From: Pseudomonadota bacterium
GTDB taxonomy: Bacteria > Desulfobacterota > UBA8473
Length of the DNA stretch: 64,000 nt
Assembly (NCBI GenBank): GCA_043825855.1
Contig: JBDRRJ010000008.1
Coordinates: forward strand, 1,551 to 65,550
Direction of reading: 5' to 3'
Shown piece by piece: positions 1-10,604 of this stretch. How positions within the stretch are numbered: the stretch's first letter is position 1; each line of letters starts with the position of its first letter. The notes beneath the pieces were generated by a model. The model was given only the letters and a program-made list of their open reading frames with translations. It made no database searches and was not told the DNA's origin. The translations under genes were made by a program, and so were the position numbers.

Positions 1-1
1 T

Positions 2-244
2 GGTTATAGTCCAACCTTTGCAGATAATGCCCTTTCTATAGAAGTGCATATCCTGGATTTTAATAAAGATATATATGGGGAAGAGGTAAAGATATCTTTT
101 GTGGAAAGGCTGAGAGACGAAAAAACCTTCGATGGTCCTGAAGCACTTGTTGAACAGATAAAGAAGGATGTGGAAATGACAAGAAGGATGTTCGATGAAC
201 TTTATATAAAGAACAGCTTGTCAACTCCTGATCCACTCATGTAG
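2..244 (+). CDS. ribF: Bifunctional riboflavin kinase/FMN adenylyltransferase, C-terminal end (partial, runs off window start)
   Basis: The frame is open to the window edge. The tail ...DIYGEEVKISFVERLRDEKTFDGPEALVEQIKKDVE is the typical riboflavin-kinase domain C-terminus. Confidence 0.75.
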   Translation, partial: GYSPTFADNALSIEVHILDFNKDIYGEEVKISFVERLRDEKTFDGPEALVEQIKKDVEMTRRMFDELYIKNSLSTPDPLM

Positions 245-346
245 TGAATATATCAAAATTCCCTTTTCAAAGAATCAATTAAGTTACTTAAAGTGATCAC
301 TGATAAAAAGAAGAATAAAAACCTCTATATCAATTTTCTCATCTTC

Positions 347-1567
347 CTACCCCCAGATAAGGGCGATTATCAACCCTACAGAAAAAACAGAAATGGCCGG
401 AAGCCATAACAACCTGTATACCCCATTTAGATCAGCCTTAAAATAATCCTTTGTAAGAATCAGACACAGGTGCATGGGAGAAAGTATAACACCACAATAA
501 CCACTGGCGTAAGAGAGCATCATATAAGTGAAAAAATGGCCGTCAGAATGAAAAAAGGGCAAGAGTATCGGAAAGGTAATCCCCACAAAAGCAATGGTAA
601 TACCTGTTAGTATGCCTACAATAAATGGAAGAGAAATTATTATAAGAAGAGTGGGGAACCCAATAGCTGAGAAATTTTCTGATATGGCGGATATTGCTTT
701 TGTAGTCTCGAGCATCTTTTGAAAAAACATTACTCCCAATACCATAAGTGCCATCTCTATTGAGGCGCTTTTTCGGACCACCCTCCCCATGTCTCTTAAG
801 GAAATTCTGTAAAGCACCCATAATACGGCGATAGTAAGGACAAAGGAATAGACCAGATCGACTTTTAAGACAATGACCATAAAGATGGCAAGTAAAAGTG
901 GGAATAATGACTTGAACAACTGATATAAATTTTTTGTCAGGTCCCCTTTTTCACGCAGCTCATCAATAGGTACGTTTCTACGAACATTTTTGTACCCCAA
1001 AATAATACCGCTACAAACAGCTGCCAAAAAAAGTGGAAGGTTGAAAAGACTAATCTCCCTTATGGATACCCCTAAAATTGCAGAAGCAAGGACTAACCCT
1101 GGATAGGTAGGCAACACATATTCCCAGATGTGTCTGAACCAGTAGTTGAGAAATGTCCTCCTCTCTCTGGAGAGGTTTAACTCATCTGACGCTTTTACCA
1201 CCATGGGGGCAGATATTAAAGCACCACCCATAAGAGGCATTAGACCGATAATTGCAGGCAGTATACCAACTACTATCCTGAGATCATGGATGATATTCTT
1301 AAAGTACTCCAGCATCTTTTTTAACTCACCCGTCTCATCCATTAAATTGCTGAAAAGTAGTATAAGAAGTAAAGCACCTATCAATTTCAAAGTTGCGGTA
1401 TCTATACCGGCTAGCAGGAACGTTTCCCATATGGTTGATACAGGTGTTTGAAAAAGTAACCCCAGCAGTACCGATCCAATAATTAGGGTTAGCCATAGGT
1501 TAAGTTTTTTTAAAACAAGTAAGATTATTAAAAAGAAAAGCAGCCCGATCTTTATAAGACCAATCAT
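347..1567 (-). CDS. Polytopic integral membrane protein, DUF401/TIGR00529-like permease fold
   Basis: 406-aa ORF that is hydrophobic throughout, with many predicted helices. The family assignment is from memory of DUF401-type sequences. Confidence 0.6.
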   Translation of the reverse strand: MIGLIKIGLLFFLIILLVLKKLNLWLTLIIGSVLLGLLFQTPVSTIWETFLLAGIDTATLKLIGALLLILLFSNLMDETGELKKMLEYFKNIIHDLRIVVGILPAIIGLMPLMGGALISAPMVVKASDELNLSRERRTFLNYWFRHIWEYVLPTYPGLVLASAILGVSIREISLFNLPLFLAAVCSGIILGYKNVRRNVPIDELREKGDLTKNLYQLFKSLFPLLLAIFMVIVLKVDLVYSFVLTIAVLWVLYRISLRDMGRVVRKSASIEMALMVLGVMFFQKMLETTKAISAISENFSAIGFPTLLIIISLPFIVGILTGITIAFVGITFPILLPFFHSDGHFFTYMMLSYASGYCGVILSPMHLCLILTKDYFKADLNGVYRLLWLPAISVFSVGLIIALIWG

Positions 1568-1628
1568 AGTTAATTTACCTGTAAAAAAGTTATATGTTGT
1601 TGTTAAAAACAGTCGCTGTTTCTACCTC

Positions 1629-2102
1629 TTATTTGATAAACAGCCGCATGGTCTCTGGCGACGTCACAAAACCCATTTTTTCGTAAATTGGTCTCCCTGC
1701 ATCACTGGCATTTAGAATAACTCGACTAATTCCGTTCAGTTGGCAATACTTAATTGCTCTGTCCACTATTTTCTGAGCGTACTTTTTGTTACGATGAGCT
1801 TTTTCAGTGTACATACTATGTAAGTAGGCTACCTTATGATTAAAATCAGATGGAACAGGAACAAGGCTTACGATTGTAATGGCTCCACTCGCTACAGTTT
1901 TGATTTTATCTTTAACAACCCAGGCAAAGCAAATCCCTTCAGGTATTTGCTTTGTAATTTTTTCTCTGTATGCAGCTTCAAGCTCCCTGGCTCTGGATTC
2001 CTTCATGCTAAGGTTTTTACCCTCCCAAATTTCTTCAAACATTTTTCTGTGGTGGGTAGCCAGAATTTCTATATCGTTAATAGTAGCTTCTTGAATATTC
2101 AT
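1629..2102 (-). CDS. GNAT family N-acetyltransferase
   Basis: 157 aa. The acetyl-CoA binding region HRNKKYAQKIVDRAIKYCQLNGISRVILNASDAGRPIYEKMGF is typical of GNAT proteins. Confidence 0.8.
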   Translation of the reverse strand: MNIQEATINDIEILATHHRKMFEEIWEGKNLSMKESRARELEAAYREKITKQIPEGICFAWVVKDKIKTVASGAITIVSLVPVPSDFNHKVAYLHSMYTEKAHRNKKYAQKIVDRAIKYCQLNGISRVILNASDAGRPIYEKMGFVTSPETMRLFIK

Positions 2103-2322
2103 TTATTAGCTTTCTGATTTGTAATCGTTTTATCGGATTTTTACTTAACGGTGAGCTAATTTCGACGCGAACGCTGCAGTTGAGACTAGGGTAAAAAATG
2201 CATAAGCGCTTTCGGTTTGATTTTTCAGAGATTTGATATGCCCTTTGCGTTTTTAATTATACAGCCAACCGTAGTTCCTACTCGTTTAAAAAGGCTTTGG
2301 TTATCTCCTTTATACTGCCTTT

Positions 2323-2763
2323 TTATATTCTGTCTCCCATTGAATTGCTCGACTTAATTGTGCTGCGGGTAAAAACACCACTGCCTCTGCCTACCTCATT
2401 GCCGTTTGAATCGTACAATATAGCTTCTGCAATACATTGTGACTTGCTTTTATTGACGACTTTACCTATCGATTTTAACTTTCCTGAAGAAACTGGGCGT
2501 ATAATATACGTAGTAAAAGTTGTAGTTAAGTAATATGCATCTTGTTTATAAGAATGAATGGCGAAAAAAGCTGCGTCATCCAGCATCTTGAAATATACAG
2601 AACCGTGTACTGCGCCGGCAGCATGAAATAACTTATCTGTAACATCTATCTCTATCTCAGATCTCCCCTCACTGACACACATTACTGGTTTATAAAATTC
2701 GTTAATAGGGGCGGCAGCATAGTTATTTTCTAATTTCCTATAATATTCTTCATTACTCATCAT
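2323..2763 (-). CDS. PaaI-type hotdog-fold thioesterase
   Basis: 146 aa. The motif HAAGAVHGSVYFKMLDDAAFFA is characteristic of PaaI/4HBT thioesterases. Confidence 0.7.
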   Translation of the reverse strand: MMSNEEYYRKLENNYAAAPINEFYKPVMCVSEGRSEIEIDVTDKLFHAAGAVHGSVYFKMLDDAAFFAIHSYKQDAYYLTTTFTTYIIRPVSSGKLKSIGKVVNKSKSQCIAEAILYDSNGNEVGRGSGVFTRSTIKSSNSMGDRI

Positions 2764-3000
2764 TAAATCTCCTGTTACTATATAAGACCTCTCTTCAACG
2801 GGTACTGTTCTTAGTTAATTTGAATGTCTGCAGGTAATTTATTAACTTGACGTTTAATACTTGACTTAAGGAGGCCCAGAGGCGAAAAACATTAAAAGTT
2901 GGGCCCAAATTCCTAAGCAAAATTGTAGCAAATAACTTGAGGCAAAGCCAGCTATATTTAATACACAAAGTTGAAACGGCTGGTATTACTTCTTGGCTTT

Positions 3001-3396
3001 TCATTTGTAGTTGTATGATTTTATAATGAGTTCAATAATACCAATTGAAATGACAATAATTGCTATTGACCAGAGTATTATATGTCCCCTGATAGGGATT
3101 TCGAATGGTTTTAAGAATAACCAAATAAGTAAAACTCCTGCTCCGCACAGATTTATTGCTATGGCTCCACCAAGTCCAAGGCCACGAATTCCTTTCGTTG
3201 CACCGAATACCTCAATAAATAAGGCTATCCCAATACCGAGAATAACAGCACCAAGGATACTGGGATAAAAGCTGATATTTGATTCCGGAACACCTAATAT
3301 TTTTGCCATTCCTAGAGGAAATAAAAGTAACAATAAGCCTAATACCAGGTTAATTATTCCATCAATTAATAAAAGTATTTTGTGTTTTGTTTCCAT
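3001..3396 (-). CDS. Small 4-TM membrane protein, unknown function
   Basis: 131-aa ORF with four hydrophobic segments. No recognisable family. Confidence 0.5.
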   Translation of the reverse strand: METKHKILLLIDGIINLVLGLLLLLFPLGMAKILGVPESNISFYPSILGAVILGIGIALFIEVFGATKGIRGLGLGGAIAINLCGAGVLLIWLFLKPFEIPIRGHIILWSIAIIVISIGIIELIIKSYNYK

Positions 3397-3447
3397 AATT
3401 TTATATCAATGACACTGGTCAGTTTAGGATTATAGATCGTTAATCTT

Positions 3448-3753
3448 CTATTCACCCGCATCTATGTATATGAAAACATAGGCCTCGTCATTAATATCGA
3501 TGGTAATGTGTCCTCCACGGGTCTCTGCATATACGATCCAACCTGGTTTTTCTTCGCTGCAGCACTCTACATTTGGAGAAAACCGGCCGCTCTTTTTTTC
3601 ATACCATCCGAGCAGCATGGGCTGAGATGCAAGTTCGTCTGCCTTTTGATCTGCTATCTTTTTGGCATTGTTGAAGTTAAGGTCACTGTTATCCACATGT
3701 ATGATTATTGGATCTGTCAATACATCTTTAGTCACTAGCTTGCACGTTACCAT
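3448..3753 (-). CDS. Small hypothetical cytoplasmic protein (possibly AF1514-like family)
   Basis: ORF 3448..3786. The start is more likely the internal Met (MVTCKLV...). The family recollection is weak. Confidence 0.4.
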   Translation of the reverse strand: MVTCKLVTKDVLTDPIIIHVDNSDLNFNNAKKIADQKADELASQPMLLGWYEKKSGRFSPNVECCSEEKPGWIVYAETRGGHITIDINDEAYVFIYIDAGE

Positions 3754-3918
3754 GCAATTCCCCCTGTATAGTATGAGGAATCTCAATAACAGAAAAAGAG
3801 AGTTGTTTGGTTAAGACAATTTCCCCCTTTGGATATAAGCTTAACTCGTTCTATCGCTTAACAAACAGCTAGTTGCTGAAAATAGGTAGAACTGCACATG
3901 TTTATTGGTTTCTTCTTT

Positions 3919-4443
3919 TTAAGTTAAGTTGTATCTAATTTTGAATTTATCCTTTTCGTCCTCTTTAGTATCAATAATGCGCCAGGATTGGTTTTTATAT
4001 GTATTTTCCAGCACTTTGCAGGAGACACTACCAGGCACAGACCGTTTGGTCATAATTTTAACAGCAATCGACTTTGAATAGCGTTCCACATCTGCCATCT
4101 TATCCCACTCATAAACACCCTGGCACATACCAGTCTCTTCGTTAACACACCAGTACTTAGAACGAAAGCCTTTAAATCCCATGAAAACCAGTAACATGAT
4201 CCTTGATAGTCTGATATTTTTTTTGATGTCCATCTTTGGTGTAAAACGGACAATAAATAAACCCTCCGGTTTTTGATCCTTCCTGATTAAGCGCTTAATT
4301 ATGACTCTTCTGAATATTACAAAATCCTTTCCGTCGTTCATCAGCATCATTGAGCCGATTTCATGTTTACTGAAATGAACTCTACCCATGAGAAACAAAA
4401 ATAATGTTATTATGAAGCCATATAATGGATTTGTATAAATCAT
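3919..4443 (-). CDS. Hypothetical protein with N-terminal TM helix
   Basis: 174-aa ORF. I could not assign a confident family. Confidence 0.4.
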   Translation of the reverse strand: MIYTNPLYGFIITLFLFLMGRVHFSKHEIGSMMLMNDGKDFVIFRRVIIKRLIRKDQKPEGLFIVRFTPKMDIKKNIRLSRIMLLVFMGFKGFRSKYWCVNEETGMCQGVYEWDKMADVERYSKSIAVKIMTKRSVPGSVSCKVLENTYKNQSWRIIDTKEDEKDKFKIRYNLT

Positions 4444-4723
4444 AAACTTTAACCTTGTTTTATAATGGTGCTTTTCGACCTCCTGATATTATTCGACATT
4501 CTGTTTCTGTAGCACTCAACACCTAAAGAATAATAATTAAACTTTAGTTCATATCTTACAGGGATTCTAAGCATATAAATTTATTTTGTCAACCAGAACA
4601 AAAATAGGGATATAATATCAGGACTGATTGAAGGACTGTCAGGACACAAATAAGTAAATACAACTATGATTTATATACAAAAAGTACTCTTCTTTATATC
4701 TGTAAGCGCAAGTTAAAAAACCC

Positions 4724-4752
4724 TTGACACCTGTATTTCTCAGTGGTAGGTT
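4724..4752 (+). promoter_or_regulatory. Candidate sigma70-type promoter (TTGACA-17-TAGGTT)
   Basis: TTGACA at 4724-4729, a 17-nt spacer and TAGGTT at 4747-4752, about 65 nt upstream of the 4817 ORF. Confidence 0.3.
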
Positions 4753-4816
4753 ATTTTGGAAATTACTGTCTTTTCTAAACAAAAGAACAAAGAAGCAATA
4801 TAAATAAGAGGGTATA

Positions 4817-5428
4817 ATGGGAAGTACCGAGGAAAATGAAGAGATTGTCGAATTAGTGGATGTAATAGAGGAAGGTCCGGACCTGGCTCGATTTTATAAA
4901 AAGTCTCTCAAAGAACCTGAGGGATCCCGTAAAGAAGCTGACCTCTTTAATGAATCTGGAAGTCAGAAAGAATTAAGCCTTAATAGACAAGAAAAAGAGC
5001 CCTCCAAAGAAAAGTTTAGCATTGAGGAAGCAGGTTTTGCTGCAGAACACGGGCTCCAGGATGAATGGGAAATCGAGTGGACTTCCAGTGAAGATTCTAT
5101 ATCCTATAAGGGCCATGTAAAAGAAGTTCCCCCCCCAGAACTTCCAAACAGAGAAGCCCAACCCTTGGAAATCCCAGAAGAAAGTCTAGACAATCAAGAG
5201 GTAAAAAGTATTGGGGTGTTAGACGATAAAACTGTTGAAGTGATTATCAGGGAAGTTGTTAGTGAGGTGATAGAAAGTATTGCAACGAAGCTTACTCCTG
5301 ATATTACAGAGGCTACTATTAGAGCTATGAATGAGAAAATAAACAAGATAGCTGTGGAGCTTTTCCCCCCAATAGCAGAGAAAATTATAAAAGAAGAAAT
5401 AGAGAAACTCAAACAAGGAGGAGATTAA
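4817..5428 (+). CDS. Acidic hypothetical protein (E/D/S-rich N-terminal part, helical C-terminal ~70 aa)
   Basis: 203-aa ORF with GAGGG upstream of the ATG. It is low-complexity and acidic, with no family recognised. Confidence 0.5.
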   Translation: MGSTEENEEIVELVDVIEEGPDLARFYKKSLKEPEGSRKEADLFNESGSQKELSLNRQEKEPSKEKFSIEEAGFAAEHGLQDEWEIEWTSSEDSISYKGHVKEVPPPELPNREAQPLEIPEESLDNQEVKSIGVLDDKTVEVIIREVVSEVIESIATKLTPDITEATIRAMNEKINKIAVELFPPIAEKIIKEEIEKLKQGGD

Positions 5429-5500
5429 TAGCCTTTATGGGCACTACTGTTTGATATCATATCATGTTATGTGAATTGTTAAAGTTAATGTTGACGTATT

Positions 5501-5527
5501 GAGGGGGTTATGCTAATCCCCTTTTTC
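5501..5527 (+). terminator. Weak candidate intrinsic terminator
   Basis: AGGGG..11-nt loop..CCCCT followed by TTTTT, downstream of the 4817..5428 ORF. Confidence 0.3.
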
Positions 5528-5550
5528 ACTTTTGGGTACAACTAGTTCGT

Positions 5551-5737
5551 CCTGAAAAATTTCCTTTTCCGTTCTCTGGCGCAATATTTTTGACCCATCT
5601 AAGACTTGCTTCAGGCATTTTCAGGAACTCGCCCTTCGGGCTCAAACACCTGAAAATGCATATCTTTCACTTTATCAAGATGGGTACTCTAAAAATCCTG
5701 CTTATGTTTTCTACAAAGGAAATATTTCATTTTTCAG
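5551..5737. repeat. Family-B long-hairpin (MITE/REP-like) element, full copy
   Basis: Nested inverted repeats: CTGAAAAATTTCC/GGAAATATTTCATTTTTCAG, GACCCATCT/AGATGGGT and AGGCATTTTCAGG/CCTGAAAATGCAT around a GCCC-TTCG-GGC tip. The left arm is about 80 percent identical to 53310-53392. Confidence 0.6.
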
Positions 5738-5764
5738 TGTGAACTAATTGACGAGGAGATATTA

Positions 5765-8431
5765 ATGGCTGTTAAAGTCCTGGAAAAAGGCTATGACCCC
5801 GCTGAAGTTGAGGATAAATGGTCTAGCTATTGGATTAATAATGGTAGCTTCAAGGCTGATGTAAACTCTACAAGTGAGACTTACTCCATTGTTATTCCTC
5901 CGCCAAATGTTACTGGTTCTCTCCATATGGGTCATGCCCTGAATAACACCTTACAGGACATCCTGGTCCGATATAAAAGGATGGATGGGTTTAATGTACT
6001 GTGGATGCCGGGGACAGACCATGCAGGAATTGCTACTCAGAATGTTGTTGAGAGGGATCTTGCTCAAAAAGGGATAAATCGTCATTCTTTAGGGAGAGAA
6101 AAGTTTATTGAACAAGTATGGAAGTGGCGTGAAGAGTTTGGCGGAATAATAATAAATCAACTTAAAAAACTGGGAGCTTCATGTGATTGGAGCAGGGAAC
6201 GATTTACTATGGATGAAGGACTATCAAAAGCTGTTAGAGAGGTTTTTGTAGAACTTTATCATGAAGGACTAGTATATCGCGGAGATTATATAATCAACTG
6301 GTGCCCAAGATGTCAGACTGCCCTGTCAGATTTAGAAGTCGAACACGAAGAGACGGAAGGGTATCTTTATTATTTCAAATATCCACTTTATAATAGCAAG
6401 AAATTCGTTGTAGTTGCAACAACCCGTCCAGAGACTATGTTGGGTGATACTGCGGTAGCAGTAAACCCAGACGATAACCGATACAAAAAACTGATTGGAA
6501 AGAAGGTTATTTTGCCGGTAATGGGGAGAGAGATTCCAATAATAGCAGATGAATATGTTAGTAAAGAGTTTGGAACAGGGGCAGTTAAGGTTACCCCTGC
6601 CCATGATATAAATGATTTTGAGATGGGGTTAAGGCATAACCTAGAAGTGATTAAGGTTATGGATGTGGATGGCAGGATGAATGAAAATGCCGGTCCTTAC
6701 AAAGGTCTTGATAGATTTAAGTGCAGGAAGGATATAATAGAAGAGTTTCAAAAAAATAGTACTTTGACAAAAAGAGAAAAGTATTCCTATAATATAGGAC
6801 ACTGTTATAGGTGTAAGATAATAATTGAGCCAGTTTTATCTAAACAGTGGTTTGTGAAAATAAAACCTCTTGCAGAGCCGGCCATTGAAACTGTTAAAAA
6901 TGGTAGTGTAAGGATTATACCTGCATCTTGGGAAAAAACCTACTTTGAATGGATGAACAATATCAAAGACTGGTGTATTTCTCGCCAGATATGGTGGGGA
7001 CACAGAATACCGGCTTGGTACTGCAACGACTGTGGAGAGGTCATTGTATCGAAAGAAACTCCCTCTCAGTGCTTTAAATGTAAGAGTTCTAATATCAGAC
7101 AGGAAACCGATGTTCTGGACACCTGGTTCAGTTCAGCTCTATGGCCTTTTTCTACCATGGGCTGGCCCGAAAATACAAAGGAGCTCGAACTTTTTTACCC
7201 AACATCTGTTCTGGTGACAGGTTTTGATATTCTGTTCTTTTGGGTTGCCAGAATGATAATGATGGGATTGAAATTTATGGGTGAAGTTCCCTTTAATGAT
7301 GTATACATCCATGCCTTGGTTCGAGACATCGAGGGCAAGAAGATGAGTAAGTCAAAAGGAAACGTTATCGACCCGTTGGTAATTATAGAAAAATATGGAG
7401 CAGATGCTTTCCGGTTCACTCTGGCAGCATTTGCCGCCCAGGGAAGGGATGTTAAGCTTTCAGAAGAAAGGATAAGTGGTTATCGAAACTTTGCAAATAA
7501 GATTTGGAATGCCTCAAGGTTCTCCCTGATGAATATGGAAGATTACGACGAATGCCTTATAGATAAAAATAAGATTGAGTATACCCTGATTGACAGATGG
7601 ATATTGTCACGGTTGAACAGGACTATTGAACAGGTTAGAGACGCTTTAGAAAACTATAAGTTTAATGAGGGTGCCCATTTCTTATACCAATTTGTATGGC
7701 ATGAATTCTGTGATTGGTATATTGAAATCATAAAACAATACCTGTACCATAAGGATGATACGAAGCTTAAACTAAATACCCAACATGTTTTATTAACGGT
7801 ACTCAAAAAAGTGCTGTGTCTGCTCCATCCTTTTATGCCTTTTATAACAGAAGAGATCTGGAGTAAATTGCCGAATAGAGAAGGGAGCATTACTTTACAC
7901 CAATATCCAAGATCAGATTCTAACCTTATAGATGATAAGGCAGAAGCTGAGATGGATCTTATTATAGGCGTTATTGGGAATATCAGGAACATCAGAGGAG
8001 AGATGAATATACCGCCTGTCACACAGGTGGAAACTTTTCTTTGTACGGAAGATCAGGAAACATACGAAAAACTTGAAAGAAATAAAGACCATATTATAAA
8101 TCTGGCAAGGATAAAAACACTTTCTATTTCCTCTGATAAAAAAGAGTATAAATCTTCCGCTACAGCTGTAGTAGATAAAGTGGAGATATTTCTGCCCCTT
8201 AAGGGTATAATTGACTTTTATGAAGAGGAAAAAAGGTTAAATAAAGAGAGTGATAAAATTGAGAAGAAACTCATACTCTTGAATAAAAAACTGTCTAATG
8301 AGGATTTCCTTAGCAAGGCACCCAGTCATGTAATAGAGAATGAACGGAATGAACATACGGAATTAATCGAAAAGAAGAAAAAGTTTGAGGAAGGTATAAA
8401 GAGGATGCAAGAATTGAAACAGGAGGGATGA
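5765..8431 (+). CDS. valS: Valine--tRNA ligase
   Basis: 888 aa with the class I HIGH motif (SLHMGHALN) and KMSKS (KMSKSKGN), plus a C-terminal coiled coil. GAGGAG RBS. Confidence 0.97.
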   Translation: MAVKVLEKGYDPAEVEDKWSSYWINNGSFKADVNSTSETYSIVIPPPNVTGSLHMGHALNNTLQDILVRYKRMDGFNVLWMPGTDHAGIATQNVVERDLAQKGINRHSLGREKFIEQVWKWREEFGGIIINQLKKLGASCDWSRERFTMDEGLSKAVREVFVELYHEGLVYRGDYIINWCPRCQTALSDLEVEHEETEGYLYYFKYPLYNSKKFVVVATTRPETMLGDTAVAVNPDDNRYKKLIGKKVILPVMGREIPIIADEYVSKEFGTGAVKVTPAHDINDFEMGLRHNLEVIKVMDVDGRMNENAGPYKGLDRFKCRKDIIEEFQKNSTLTKREKYSYNIGHCYRCKIIIEPVLSKQWFVKIKPLAEPAIETVKNGSVRIIPASWEKTYFEWMNNIKDWCISRQIWWGHRIPAWYCNDCGEVIVSKETPSQCFKCKSSNIRQETDVLDTWFSSALWPFSTMGWPENTKELELFYPTSVLVTGFDILFFWVARMIMMGLKFMGEVPFNDVYIHALVRDIEGKKMSKSKGNVIDPLVIIEKYGADAFRFTLAAFAAQGRDVKLSEERISGYRNFANKIWNASRFSLMNMEDYDECLIDKNKIEYTLIDRWILSRLNRTIEQVRDALENYKFNEGAHFLYQFVWHEFCDWYIEIIKQYLYHKDDTKLKLNTQHVLLTVLKKVLCLLHPFMPFITEEIWSKLPNREGSITLHQYPRSDSNLIDDKAEAEMDLIIGVIGNIRNIRGEMNIPPVTQVETFLCTEDQETYEKLERNKDHIINLARIKTLSISSDKKEYKSSATAVVDKVEIFLPLKGIIDFYEEEKRLNKESDKIEKKLILLNKKLSNEDFLSKAPSHVIENERNEHTELIEKKKKFEEGIKRMQELKQEG

Positions 8432-8472
8432 TTTCTTAATTATATAACGATTTAAAAATTAAAGAGAATACC

Positions 8473-9303
8473 ATGTTTGAAATTGACAGGTTAATAAAAT
8501 TAGCCCTTGAAGAAGATATTGGGATTGGAGACATTACGACCTCTTCAGTAATTGATCCTGGTATAAAGGGGAATGCCCAAATAATTGCAAAAGAAGATTT
8601 AATTCTGGCCGGTATAGAGATTTTCTGCAGGGTTTTTACACTCCTGAATTCTGAGGTGAAAATTATAAAGTTCTTTAAGGACGGAGATTTCGTAGAGAAC
8701 AACAGCGTTATTGCTGAAATTTCATGTGATGTAGTTGACCTTCTTCGCGGGGAAAGGGTTGCCTTAAATTTCCTGCAGCATTTATCAGGGATTGCCTCTT
8801 TAACCCGTAGATATGTAAATAAGGTTAAAGGCTACAATGTTAAGATTTTGGATACGCGAAAAACTACCCCTGGCTTGAGGGCTCTTGAAAAATATGCCGT
8901 GAAAGTAGGTGGGGGGGCTAATCACCGTAATGGGCTGTTTGGCGGGATTTTAATAAAGGACAATCATATAAAGGCCTGTGGCGGAATCCGCCAGGCAGTC
9001 GAGAAAGCAAGGGCTAATATTCCCCATACTTTTAAAATTGAAATAGAGGTCAAAGATATTAATGAAGTGAAAGAAGCGCTTGAATCTGGTGCTGAAATCA
9101 TAATGCTGGACAATATGAATACCAGGGATATAGAAAAGGCAGTTAAACTCATTAATGAGAAAGCTGTGGTGGAAGCATCGGGCGGAATAAATCTAGATAA
9201 TATATTGGATGTCGCAAAAACAGGGGTCGATTTAATATCAGTTGGGGCTCTCACCCACTCAGCAAGGGCTTTCGATATCAGCATGAATATTTTAGAGGCA
9301 TAG
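8473..9303 (+). CDS. nadC: Nicotinate-nucleotide diphosphorylase (carboxylating)
   Basis: 276 aa. LALEEDIGIGDITT at the N-terminus and the ...ILDTRKTTPGLR...HR..L motifs are typical of NadC. Confidence 0.93.
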   Translation: MFEIDRLIKLALEEDIGIGDITTSSVIDPGIKGNAQIIAKEDLILAGIEIFCRVFTLLNSEVKIIKFFKDGDFVENNSVIAEISCDVVDLLRGERVALNFLQHLSGIASLTRRYVNKVKGYNVKILDTRKTTPGLRALEKYAVKVGGGANHRNGLFGGILIKDNHIKACGGIRQAVEKARANIPHTFKIEIEVKDINEVKEALESGAEIIMLDNMNTRDIEKAVKLINEKAVVEASGGINLDNILDVAKTGVDLISVGALTHSARAFDISMNILEA

Positions 9304-9316
9304 TTTTTCAAACCTT

Positions 9317-9471
9317 TGATGGACTTGTAAAAAGTCAAATTTGGGATGGCAAAGTAAAAAGCTTCAGATGCAAGGCGCGCAAAACACGAGGAGTGAAGCG
9401 TAGTTATAGTTACGCTATAACGACGAGGGATGAAGAGCAACACCGCAGATAGACTTTTTAAGAAGCCGTCA
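9317..9471. repeat. Family-A hairpin (MITE/REP-like) element, full copy
   Basis: The terminal inverted repeats TGATGGACTTGTAAAAAGTC and GACTTTTTAAGAAGCCGTCA match 15/20 when reverse-complemented. There is an internal AGCGTA..TACGCT hairpin. Related copies lie at 61226-61285 and, inverted, at 63879-63997. Confidence 0.6.
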
Positions 9472-9485
9472 GGAGATAATAAGAT

Positions 9486-10250
9486 ATGTTACTGGTCATT
9501 GATATCGGCAATACACACACTGTTATGGGTATTTTTGATGGAAACAAACTTGTTCAGGACTGGAGAATCAGGACAAAAGAAGACCATACTGTAGACGAGT
9601 ATGGGATTCTGATTACAAACCTCTATTTTTCCAGCAAAATAGCCTCAAGGGACATTAAGAATATAGTTATCTCATGTGTTGTTCCTCCACTTCTTGTTAC
9701 CATGGAAGAGCTATGTAAGAAGTACTTCAATATTACCCCTTTGATTGTAGAACCGGGAATTAAAACAGGTATGCCTATATATTATGACAATCCCAAAGAG
9801 GTTGGAGCTGACAGGATAGTCAATGCAGTGGCTGCCTATGAAAAATATAAGCAGAGCCTGATTGTTGTTGATTTTGGAACTGCTACTACTTTCGATTATA
9901 TATCTGAAAAAGGTGAATACCATGGGGGAGTGATTGCACCAGGGGTTATTATTTCAAGTGAGGCTTTGTTTGAAAAGGCTTCTAAACTGCCACATGTAGA
10001 ATTGATCAAGCCCAAGTCTGTTATTGGTAAAGACACTATAAGCAGTATGCAGGCAGGTATTATTTTAGGCTATGCCAGTTTAGTAGATGGGATAGTAAAA
10101 AGGATAAGGAAAGAAGTTAAGTCAAAACCCAAAGTGATTGCAACAGGAGGGTTGGCACATCTAATTGCATCGGCATCAGAAACTATAAGTGAAATTGATG
10201 AATATCTTACATTGGAAGGATTGAGAATACTTCACGAAAGGAATAAATAG
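9486..10250 (+). CDS. coaX: Type III pantothenate kinase
   Basis: 254 aa. [12 protein letters not shown]...GADR...DFGTATTFD are the classic CoaX motifs. AGGAG RBS. Confidence 0.92.
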   Translation: MLLVIDIGNTHTVMGIFDGNKLVQDWRIRTKEDHTVDEYGILITNLYFSSKIASRDIKNIVISCVVPPLLVTMEELCKKYFNITPLIVEPGIKTGMPIYYDNPKEVGADRIVNAVAAYEKYKQSLIVVDFGTATTFDYISEKGEYHGGVIAPGVIISSEALFEKASKLPHVELIKPKSVIGKDTISSMQAGIILGYASLVDGIVKRIRKEVKSKPKVIATGGLAHLIASASETISEIDEYLTLEGLRILHERNK

Positions 10251-10319
10251 AATATACTTATTTTGGAAAGGTATATTTGAGAGCTAGAAGGGATTTTTTT
10301 GAAGCTCTCGAAGAGCGAT

Positions 10320-10604
10320 ATGTTCTATATTAATGAGACTGACAAGGGAACAGTCTTTAAAATTTGGGTGCAGCCTAAATCAGCCAGGAATGAGATTAAA
10401 AACCTGAAAGGAGATGCCTTAAGGGTAAAGGTAACTGCAGTTCCGGTTGAAGGCAAAGCTAATGATGCCTGCATAAATTTTCTGGCTAAGAAATTGGGTG
10501 TTAGCAAGACACAGGTTGAGATTATCGGAGGCCATAAATCGCGAACAAAGTTGATAAGGGTAACAGGTATTTCCAAAGATGAGATAGAAAGAATTCTGAC
10601 TTAA
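10320..10604 (+). CDS. DUF167 (YggU-like) protein
   Basis: FKIWVQPKSARNEI...VKVTAVPVEGKANDACINFLAKKLGVSK is the DUF167 signature. I prefer the ATG at 10320 to the TTG at 10299. Confidence 0.8.
   Translation: MFYINETDKGTVFKIWVQPKSARNEIKNLKGDALRVKVTAVPVEGKANDACINFLAKKLGVSKTQVEIIGGHKSRTKLIRVTGISKDEIERILT

Noticed and set aside
543-1451. ORFs 543..821 (-) and 1146..1451 (+) inside the DUF401-like membrane protein gene.
   Set aside because: They are alternative-frame or antisense ORFs within a longer, coherent membrane-protein ORF.
2763-3001. 69-aa ORF 2795..3004 and the palindromic TTGGGCCCAA in the PaaI upstream region.
   Set aside because: The ORF has no RBS or family signal, and the short palindrome is isolated and unsupported as a regulatory site.
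10299-10319. TTG-initiated N-terminal extension of the DUF167 ORF.
   Set aside because: The DUF167 family core begins near the ATG at 10320, and the extension adds non-conserved residues.
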